Part shown: one piece after another, positions 42,253 through 49,243 of the stretch
How the letters are laid out: each line of letters begins with the position of its first letter
How positions within the stretch are numbered: the first letter of the stretch is position 1
DNA from: an uncultured Verrucomicrobiae bacterium
GTDB lineage: Bacteria > Verrucomicrobiota > Verrucomicrobiia > Chthoniobacterales > UBA10450
Reading direction: 5' to 3'
Assembly: GCA_963834385.1 (NCBI GenBank)
Contig: CAWIBO010000005.1
Location: forward strand, 32,001-96,000
Length of the DNA stretch: 64,000 nt
Program-made: the position numbers and the translations under genes
Notes under the pieces: generated by a model
What the model saw: the letters and a program-made list of their open reading frames with translations, nothing else
Databases searched by the model: none
Told to the model about the DNA's origin: nothing

Positions 42253-42666
42253 TTATCGTGGTGGAAATGCGCCGAGCTGCATCATCAGACCGAGGGCATC
42301 CATGATGATGCGCGTGTCTTTGATTTTGCCGGCCTCAAGCCGGTCAATGACCACGCCCCACACCCTGACTGGGCGTCCGGTGGCGGGCACGCCAAAAAAC
42401 TCCGCCTTGTGCGTTCCCGTCCACTCGAAGCGTGTCATCACCTTGTCGCCTTCGGTAATCTGTTCCTCGACCGTCCAGTGCATGTCTGGAAACGCGGCCC
42501 GCATGCCACGCAAGACGTTTTTCAAACCGGCCAAGCCTGGTCCTTGCCCGGGAAGCGGAACGTGCTCCACCATATCCTCCCAAAAGAACTGCCCAGCGGC
42601 GTCGATATTCCCTTGGCTTAAAACTTCCTCAACGAAACTTCGGACAATGTTGCTGTTACTTTGCAT
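42253..42666 (-). CDS. SnoaL-like ester cyclase (cassette 10, copy of cassette 5)
   Basis: AFPDMHWTVEEQI.EGDKV, GTHKAEFFGVPATGR. Confidence 0.88.
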   Translation of the reverse strand: MQSNSNIVRSFVEEVLSQGNIDAAGQFFWEDMVEHVPLPGQGPGLAGLKNVLRGMRAAFPDMHWTVEEQITEGDKVMTRFEWTGTHKAEFFGVPATGRPVRVWGVVIDRLEAGKIKDTRIIMDALGLMMQLGAFPPR

Positions 42667-42682
42667 AAATGGTGGTGTTGCC

Positions 42683-42791
42683 GCCTAACGAGAACAAGAT
42701 GAGCCACCGCGCAAATTACGAGGGGCTTTCGTGATGCAAAAAAATCTGGGCATACGGACGGTCCGCGGTGGGCTCCATCGCACGGTTAGGT
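42683..42791 (-). other. attC9 (family D)
   Basis: gcctaacgagaacaagatgagccaccgc...gcggtgggctccatcgcacggttaggt. Confidence 0.88.
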
Positions 42792-42803
42792 GCACGTGTG
42801 GCT

Positions 42804-43250
42804 TCATCGCAACGGTCGGAATGATGAAACATTAGTAAGCTCGGCCGGCGACAGACCCATGTGACCGAATCCAAGCGCCGTAACGGACTCGAACTCTCGA
42901 CCATCGTCGCGCTTCAGAATCTCGCGACGAATTTCGGGGCGATAATGAAATAGGCCGACGACTCGCACATATCGATTGGAGAGTCGGCTCACTCTCCTCC
43001 ATCCGGGTGAGACCCAAATGCTGCACGAAAATATGCCGCCCGCCGGAGCATGATCGCAATGGCCATCCGGCGAAGTATAAAGGCTGGTCTCTTCCAGGTC
43101 CGATACGTAATAGCCGATGACCGCGATGCGCTTGCCGACGAAATCGCCCGGCCGCGCGAAAAGCTCCGCGACGGTGACGTCGCCCTTCTGACGTTTCGCC
43201 GTGCAACCGGGTAGAAGCAGGACCAGGCTGATGTAGCAAACAAGCCTCAT
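42804..43250 (-). CDS. Putative lipoprotein (cassette 9)
   Basis: LLLPGC lipobox-like; OB-fold-like GKRIAVIGY. Confidence 0.65.
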   Translation of the reverse strand: MRLVCYISLVLLLPGCTAKRQKGDVTVAELFARPGDFVGKRIAVIGYYVSDLEETSLYTSPDGHCDHAPAGGIFSCSIWVSPGWRRVSRLSNRYVRVVGLFHYRPEIRREILKRDDGREFESVTALGFGHMGLSPAELTNVSSFRPLR

Positions 43251-43252
43251 GC

Positions 43253-43369
43253 ACCTAGAGAAGTGATCGACCGCCACCGGGGGCGAGCGGTGCTCGAAGT
43301 GGAAGGTTGTGGGTCATGGAAAGCGAGGTCTTTCGGCGGGTGGCGGTTCGCTCGACTGACAGGTTAGCT
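43253..43369 (-). other. attC8 (family A with 6-bp deletion removing the R' GTT)
   Basis: acctagagaagtga instead of acctaacgagagagaagtga. Confidence 0.85.
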
Positions 43370-43824
43370 CATTCTACGTAGCGTCGGCTCGACAACAGTG
43401 CCGTCAAAATGGCATCAGAATCGACGGTCGCGGATCCGCCTCGGCTAAACCTCGCCCTCAAGGATGGGAGAGACAGATGAACTCATAAAACCACCTTACT
43501 AGAGACCATGGCGCGCCCTCGCCGAGGCTATATCTCTCTGACTTCGCCAGCTCGATCTTGATGATGGCGATATCGTCAGCTTCCGGCGAACGGCGCTTGC
43601 CGGCTGTCCTTTGCGTATCCGTGTGGCGGCTCGTGATCGTGAGCGGTGGATCTTGTGCGCCAGGCGCCCAATCTGGAGTGCGGCTCAGCGTATCGATGTC
43701 CGTCACATACTGGACGCGCTTGCCCCTGGCATCGGTCATATCAGAGAGGACCACCCGCGACGGCCCCTGTTCTTGACGACCACGCAGGCGTAGCGGCGAG
43801 AATCAGGAGCAACAGTGCGCGCAT
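43370..43824 (-). pseudogene. Secreted hypothetical protein, frameshifted (cassette 8)
   Basis: ATG 4 nt after the attC7 TAG, MRALLLLILAA signal; continuation in a different frame (43458-43754). Confidence 0.45.
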
Positions 43825-43826
43825 AG

Positions 43827-43950
43827 AGCTAACGAGAACAAGATGAGCGACGGCGGACGAGGGCGCGCGTCGCTCGGAGTGGAAGGGTGGAAGTCATCTC
43901 AAAAGTGGCGCGCACAGCGGTCCGCCGTTCGCTCCATCGCATGGTTAGGC
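43827..43950 (-). other. attC7 (family B)
   Basis: agctaac...gttaggc. Confidence 0.92.
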
Positions 43951-44278
43951 CTCGCGCGTGACATCGGGTAAATCATCTATAGAATCCGCCGACGCGAAGC
44001 ACGCGACATAGTCAATGTCTTCGACTGGCTCATCGTACCCTTTCGATCTCATAGGCTTCAGCCTCAGCAGGGACCAAAGCAGCCAAATCTGGGGGCATGA
44101 CCCAATACGTATCGTCTCCCTTGCCTTCGACGCGAACCAGCAGTCCGCCGACTTCGGCAGACTCGATGACGCCGCAAAACGCAGTGAATGTCTCTTTGCC
44201 ATCGCCACTGATATCGCGAAGACTGACCAGAACACGCTTGCCAATAAAACGTTCAGCAAGTTGTGGCGTGTATTCCAT
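43945..44278 (-). CDS. Hypothetical protein (cassette 7; probable frameshift near 44045)
   Basis: MEYTPQLAERFIGKRVLVSL..MPPDLAAL; C-terminal EPVEDIDY in another frame ending in R''. Confidence 0.6.
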
Positions 44279-44280
44279 GG

Positions 44281-44572
44281 GCCTAACGAGAACAAGATGA
44301 GCGACGGCGGACGACCGTGCCCGCCGTGTTACAGCGTTGCAGGCGGGGAGCGCGTCGCGAGGAATGGAACGGACTGGCAAGCCGTGACATAGACCTGAGG
44401 CCGAAGGTTGAACGAGTCGCGCGAGTGAATCAATGGAACGGACTGGCAAGCCGTGACATAGACCTGAAGCCCGAAGGCTGAAGGAGTCGCGCGAGTGAAT
44501 CAATGGAGGGTGGAAATCATCTCAAAGTGGCGCGCACGGCGGTCCGCCGTTCGCTCAATCGCATGGTTAGGC
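44281..44572 (-). other. attC6 (292 bp; family B with hairpin insert and 69+70-bp tandem units)
   Basis: gcctaac...gttaggc; tandem units at 44363-44501. Confidence 0.85.
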
Positions 44573-44606
44573 GATGCGGCCGATTGCAGTGCGATCATGA
44601 AGCCAT

Positions 44607-44993
44607 TCAGCCCTCATACATGTGGTAGGTTTTGGCGATGATGCGCCAAGCGCCGTCAAGTTTGATGAGGGTGTGGAAGTCGGTGTAGTCCGCGCCGATG
44701 GCGTCCTTCTCCATGTCCACGCGCACCACTGCCGTCGTGGGCGTGATCGCCAACACGTCGATCCGCGTCTGAATGTCGGGGGCAGTGCCGTTGGCGGCAA
44801 CGAAGTCGTAGAGATTCTTGATCGGGCCGCCGAGTAACTCGCCGTTGGTGAAGCCATACATCACAGCGTCCTGATGGAAGGCTTCGCCGAGGCCAGCGAC
44901 GTTTCCGACGCGCAGCCCGTCGACGTATTTGGTGACCGTCGCGACGACGTCTGCATAATCTTGAGTGGGCACGGTTTTGATGTTTTTTGTCAT
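44607..44993 (-). CDS. NTF2-like / putative lumazine-binding protein (cassette 6)
   Basis: Same motifs as 41649-42035. Confidence 0.82.
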   Translation of the reverse strand: MTKNIKTVPTQDYADVVATVTKYVDGLRVGNVAGLGEAFHQDAVMYGFTNGELLGGPIKNLYDFVAANGTAPDIQTRIDVLAITPTTAVVRVDMEKDAIGADYTDFHTLIKLDGAWRIIAKTYHMYEG

Positions 44994-45071
44994 GAGATTG
45001 ATTTTGGTGTGGTGGTCGGAGAAACTAGAGGGTAGCAAAAATTGGCTTCATGTTCGGTGAGCGCGAGCAGC

Positions 45072-45198
45072 GCCTAACGAGAACAAGAAACGAGCGACCG
45101 CCACCGGGGGCGAGCGTCGATCGGAGGTGAATTGACTTAGTCATGGAAAGTGTGGAGCGAACAGCGGGTAGGCGTTCGCTGCATTGCCTTGGTTAGGC
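45072..45198 (-). other. attC5
   Basis: gcctaac...gttaggc. Confidence 0.88.
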
Positions 45199-45214
45199 GG
45201 CATTGAAGTCAAGC

Positions 45215-45628
45215 TTATCGTGGTGGAAATGCGCCGAGCTGCATCATCAGACCGAGGGCATCCATGATGATGCGCGTGTCTTTAATTTTGCCGGCCTCAA
45301 GCCGGTCAATGACCACGCCCCACACCCTGACTGGGCGTCCGGTGGCGGGCACGCCAAAAAACTCCGCCTTGTGCGTTCCCGTCCACTCGAAACGTGTCAT
45401 CACCTTGTCGCCTTCGGCAATCTGTTCCTCGACCGTCCAGTGCATGTCTGGAAACGCGGCCCGCATGCCACGCAAGACGTCTTTCAAACCGGCCAAGCCT
45501 GGTCCTTGCCCGGGAAGCGGAACGTGCTCCACCATATCCTCCCAAAAGAACTGCCCAGCGGCGTCGATTTTCCCTTGGCTTAGAACTTCCTCAACGAAAC
45601 TTCGGACAATGTTGCTGTTACTTTGCAT
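45215..45628 (-). CDS. SnoaL-like ester cyclase (cassette 5)
   Basis: Same motifs as 42253-42666. Confidence 0.88.
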   Translation of the reverse strand: MQSNSNIVRSFVEEVLSQGKIDAAGQFFWEDMVEHVPLPGQGPGLAGLKDVLRGMRAAFPDMHWTVEEQIAEGDKVMTRFEWTGTHKAEFFGVPATGRPVRVWGVVIDRLEAGKIKDTRIIMDALGLMMQLGAFPPR

Positions 45629-45644
45629 GAATGGTGGTGTTGCC

Positions 45645-45713
45645 GCCTAACGACGAGTGGAGCGATGAGTCGGAGCGAAGCGGAGACTCATTCGCTCACA
45701 CGATTTGTTAGGC
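45645..45713 (-). other. attC4 (short, 69 bp)
   Basis: gcctaacgacgagtggagcgatgagtc...gactcattcgctcacacgatttgttaggc. Confidence 0.88.
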
Positions 45714-46157
45714 CGCGTTCGAGAGGCGCTTGCGAAACACTCGCTGCGTCTTGGTGTGTCGAAAGGATAAACTCTCATAAAACTTGTGGGACTCTGCGCG
45801 CTCCTCACGGCAACGCACAGACAAGTCTACAGCTCCGCGCTCCACCGCCCAACCCTCAACTGACTGAACTAATCGCCGCCCAATGCCACTCCGCCGCCAT
45901 CGCTCGTCGACAATCAAGCCGCCAATCTCCACACGAAAGTCCGACTCCAAAAGCTGGCAAAGATAACCGTGAATCCAGCCTGCTAACTCCCCGCCTGGCA
46001 CTTCGGCCACCATAAGGCGGTCATCTTCCACTCCAAACATCCGCTCCATGCGCACCCGTATCGCCGCCTCGGAGACCGGATAGCCGAGTTGTGAAGTCAA
46101 CCGCGCCAACTCTGCTGCGTCCGATTCAACAGCTTGTCTGATTATCGGCTGGGACAT
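45708..46157 (-). CDS. GNAT family N-acetyltransferase (cassette 4)
   Basis: LIVDERWRRSGIGRRL, SHKFYESLSF. Confidence 0.88.
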   Translation of the reverse strand: MSQPIIRQAVESDAAELARLTSQLGYPVSEAAIRVRMERMFGVEDDRLMVAEVPGGELAGWIHGYLCQLLESDFRVEIGGLIVDERWRRSGIGRRLVQSVEGWAVERGAVDLSVRCREERAESHKFYESLSFRHTKTQRVFRKRLSNAA

Positions 46158-46165
46158 ACGAAGCG

Positions 46166-46289
46166 GCCTAACGAGAACAAGATGAGCGACGGCGGACGAG
46201 GGCGCGCGTCGCTCGGAGTGGAAGGGTGAAAGTCATCTCAAAAGTGGCGCGCACCGCGGTCCGCCGTTCGCTCCATCGCATGGTTAGGC
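46166..46289 (-). other. attC3 (family B)
   Basis: gcctaac...gttaggc. Confidence 0.92.
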
Positions 46290-46298
46290 CTGGGCGTG

Positions 46299-46715
46299 CT
46301 ATCGCGCTGGACGTCGAAGAATATTGTCATAATCGCCGTGCGCGATCTTCTGTGCAATGACCCGCACCTGATCGTCTGACCCGATGCAGCCGATCATCGT
46401 CTCGACGCGGTCCTCGCGGGATGTGAAGGCAGGAAGAGCCTGCGTAAAGGCAGCGGCGTCGCTGAGCCGCAGGCCAAGAAGTGCGTAGAGCTGACCCGCG
46501 GGCGATGCCGAATCGACGAGTCGCCGAAACGTCGCAACACGATCAGCCTGGCCGAGCGCCGCGCGAAGAGCGTGCTCTCCGTCGGAGGTGCGGGCACCAT
46601 CGCTGATGGGACCGACCGCAAAGAATGCGGCCCGCTCCAAGCTCGGCTTCTCCTTAGCGGCAACGTGCAGCACGGCGCAGGTCGTAAGCACGAGTAGAAG
46701 CGCAACGCGGTGCAT
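46299..46715 (-). CDS. Secreted hypothetical protein (cassette 3)
   Basis: Signal peptide; SPAGQLYALLGL..VETMIGC. Confidence 0.7.
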   Translation of the reverse strand: MHRVALLLVLTTCAVLHVAAKEKPSLERAAFFAVGPISDGARTSDGEHALRAALGQADRVATFRRLVDSASPAGQLYALLGLRLSDAAAFTQALPAFTSREDRVETMIGCIGSDDQVRVIAQKIAHGDYDNILRRPAR

Positions 46716-46717
46716 AG

Positions 46718-46841
46718 GCCTAACGAGAACAAGATGAGCGACGGCGGACGGGAGCGCGCGTCGGTCGGATTAAAAGTGTGAAAGTCATCTTAAAAGTGGC
46801 GCGCACCGCGGTCCGCCGTTCGCTCGATCGCTGGGTTAGGT
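46718..46841 (-). other. attC2 (family B)
   Basis: gcctaac...gttaggt. Confidence 0.92.
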
Positions 46842-47272
46842 GACAGCTTCCATAGCTCACGGGCTCTCGAGATATATTCCATTTGGTGCGGATCGCTCTG
46901 CGGCTGGATGAAGGTGAGAAAGTCGAGAAGCGCTTGTCTCTGCGCAGCCGTGTATCCGCCGGTCGGCTGGAAACGAAACTCGTCGCTGAGGGAATAGAGG
47001 AGAAACTGCGTAACGGTAGACTCTGGATCGCGGGCGGCGACTCGCAGGTATGCGGGCAGATAATAACGCTTCGCGTCGTCTGACATGAACACAAGCTGGT
47101 CGAAGCTGCGCTTGACCCAATCGTCTGCAAGCTCCTCTGGCGTGCGACCACGTAAATCGCCTCGCAGCGTGTCGCACTCGTCGCAATGGTGCGGCACCAA
47201 CGCGTCATCTGCGGGAGCGGCCGCACTGGAGAAGGCCTCGCGAATCTGCTGCATGAGGTCGTCGTATGACAT
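46790..47272 (-). CDS. Hypothetical protein, DUF6714-like (cassette 2); reads into attC2
   Basis: IREAF, HCDEC, FMSDDAKRYYLPAYL. Confidence 0.7.
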   Translation of the reverse strand: MSYDDLMQQIREAFSSAAAPADDALVPHHCDECDTLRGDLRGRTPEELADDWVKRSFDQLVFMSDDAKRYYLPAYLRVAARDPESTVTQFLLYSLSDEFRFQPTGGYTAAQRQALLDFLTFIQPQSDPHQMEYISRARELWKLSPNPAIERTADRGARHF

Positions 47273-47284
47273 GACGCGGCTGTC

Positions 47285-47398
47285 ACCTAACGAGAGAGAA
47301 GTGAGCGACCGCCACCGAGGGCGAGCGGTGCTCGAAGTGGAAGGTTTCGAGTCATGGAAAGCGTGGCTTTCGGCGGGTGGCGGTTCGCTCGACTGATA
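47285..47398 (-). other. attC1, main part (interrupted by IS; R'' remnant at 48901-48908)
   Basis: Family A attC ending ...ctcgactgata, resumed by ggttagat after the IS. Confidence 0.9.
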
Positions 47399-47443
47399 GA
47401 TGGCATGAAGAGAAGCGGGTGAGCGGTTTAGACTCACCCGCTT

Positions 47444-48547
47444 ATGCTTAAAACAATCGTTCATCACGAAGGGGTCCGCTCACTCGAGCGAACCGGAACA
47501 AGGATAAAGGGCGCGCCCGCGCAGATCAAGATCGGTCTGGACGTGCACGCGCAGGTGTACGTGGCCGTGGCGCAATACGATCAGCTGCTGCCCAAGGCGG
47601 CGCGACGCTTTGCCCCCAGCGAGTTTGTCCCCTGGGTGGAGGGCCTGCTGCGGGCCGGTCATCAGGTCTACGTCGTCTACGAGGCGTGCGGGTTTGGGTT
47701 CACTCTCTACCGGCAGCTTAAGGCGGCCGGAGCGCACTGCTACGTTATCGCGCCGCGCAAGCTGGACGAGCAATGCACCCGGGTGAAAACCGATCCGCGC
47801 GATGCCACCACGCTGTGCCAGCGTCTTTCGCGTTACTGCGAAGGCAACACGCGCGAGCTGGCCGTCATCCGGGTCCCGAGCGAGGAGGAGGAACAGGCCC
47901 GGCACGTCTCGCGTCAGCGGGAGCAACTGGTGCATCATCGCCAGAAGATGGAAGCGCAGGGGCGCGGCCTCCTGGTCAGTCATGCCTTGCCGGCCCCGGC
48001 GCACTGGTGGAAGAACCAGACCTGGAGCCGGCTGCAAAAGCATCTCCCGGAGTGGGTGGTGGCGCGCCTGGCGGTCTATCGACCGGCGCTTTTGGCGTTG
48101 CAGGATCAGATCAGCCAGCTGGGCGTTGCCCTGGAAGCGGCCGCGCCTGAGTCGATCCCGGTCGGGTTGGGCAAATTGACCACGGTGGTGCTGACCCGCG
48201 AGATCTGTGACTGGCACCGGTTCAACAATCGGCGGGTGATCAGTTCCTATACCGGGCTCTGTCCGGGCGAACGCTCCAGCGGCAGCAAACGGGTGCCGGG
48301 AAGTGTGACCAAGCGGGGCAACCCGCGGGTGCGCGCGGCGCTCGTGGAGTGCGCCTGGCGGATGGTGCGTTTCCAGCCGCAATACCCGCCGGTGGCGAAA
48401 CGACTGGCAATCCTAGCCAAAGGTTCACGGGCCACCGGCGCCGTGCGCAAGAAGGCGATCGTGGCCGTGGCACGCCACCTGGCCGTCGATCTCTGGCGCA
48501 TCCACACCGGCCGCATGACCCCGGAAGCCATCGGACTAAAGATTTGA
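47444..48547 (+). CDS. IS110-family DEDD transposase/recombinase
   Basis: IGLDVH, VYEACGFG, KTDPRDA, YTGLCPGERSSG, TKRGNPRVR. Confidence 0.93.
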   Translation: MLKTIVHHEGVRSLERTGTRIKGAPAQIKIGLDVHAQVYVAVAQYDQLLPKAARRFAPSEFVPWVEGLLRAGHQVYVVYEACGFGFTLYRQLKAAGAHCYVIAPRKLDEQCTRVKTDPRDATTLCQRLSRYCEGNTRELAVIRVPSEEEEQARHVSRQREQLVHHRQKMEAQGRGLLVSHALPAPAHWWKNQTWSRLQKHLPEWVVARLAVYRPALLALQDQISQLGVALEAAAPESIPVGLGKLTTVVLTREICDWHRFNNRRVISSYTGLCPGERSSGSKRVPGSVTKRGNPRVRAALVECAWRMVRFQPQYPPVAKRLAILAKGSRATGAVRKKAIVAVARHLAVDLWRIHTGRMTPEAIGLKI

Positions 48548-48889
48548 TGCTTTCATGAAAGCGAAAGGAACCAAAGTTATTCGAGGGGAACAGTTCATCA
48601 CCGCAGTCGCATAACCCTTTGGAACGTGGCGCGTGTCCGGGATCTAACCTGAACCGTGCTATGACGAGCTTCGTCGCCATAGATTGGGCCGCGCCCACGT
48701 TCCGCTTCAGTTGGACGGCATAAGTCACTTTGCGCTGCGGCAAATATCCCGCATGCGCGGATAGGAGTATCAGCCGCTGAAGAATCTCAGCGCGCAACAA
48801 GAAGCGGAAACGTTCTAAAAGAATCACGCCAACCAACACGCCATCAAACCAATGACTTAATTACCAATTTCCCCACTCACTCGTTGACA
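48548..48889 (+). ncRNA. Candidate bridge/seek RNA of the IS (bounds approximate)
   Basis: Downstream non-coding region with stem ggaacgtgg-cgcg (48621-48633) / cgcg-c-ccacgttcc enclosing gatctaacct, the reverse complement of the target. Confidence 0.6.
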
Positions 48890-48945
48890 CTCTTCATAGG
48901 GGTTAGATCGTTTAGCGTGCGATAACATTCGGCTCGGCAATACTG

Positions 48946-49140
48946 CTACTTCGGCGCCCTCTTGTGGTTGTCTGCTCGGCGAACGCGCCTGGAGCCGTCT
49001 ACGAGCAGCGCGACTCCTACCAGCACAAGCGCAAAAGAGATCGCGGCCTGCTGCCAATATCGCGGAGCCAATGTCGGTAGCAGAAACCCCATCATCAGAA
49101 GCCCGATGAAAAATTCGATAGCGCCTATAAACGTCCTCAT
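48946..49140 (-). CDS. Small 2-TM protein (cassette 1)
   Basis: ATG directly after the attI core; 64 aa. Confidence 0.65.
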   Translation of the reverse strand: MRTFIGAIEFFIGLLMMGFLLPTLAPRYWQQAAISFALVLVGVALLVDGSRRVRRADNHKRAPK

Positions 49141-49141
49141 G

Positions 49142-49200
49142 ATCTAACGAGAAGTAGATTGAATTATTGCGTCTTGTAAGGCGCAATAATTCTGTATAAA
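49142..49200 (-). other. attI site (core GTTAGAT at 49148-49142) with adjacent palindrome
   Basis: Lies between intI start and first cassette; core complementary to the attC1 R''. Confidence 0.8.
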
Positions 49201-49243
49201 ACGATTGCCTACCGGGACAAAAGTCGGATAAAAGCGTGGTGTC

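Larger units (their letters stand above)
47399..48900 (+). mobile_element. IS110/IS1111-type insertion sequence inside attC1 (ends +/-1-2 bp)
   Basis: Removal restores a normal-length attC; subterminal IR atgaagag (47405-47412) / ctcttcat (48890-48897); no clear target duplication; long 3' non-coding region. Confidence 0.9.

Noticed and set aside
47285..48909. Group IIC-attC intron as the attC1 insertion
   Set aside because: The ORF has IS110 DEDD motifs, not reverse transcriptase motifs
49190..49243. LexA box and Pint/Pc promoters upstream of intI
   Set aside because: ctgtataaaacgattg does not complete CTGT-N8-ACAG, no TGTTC-N4-GAACA is present, and -35/-10 candidates are too weak to call
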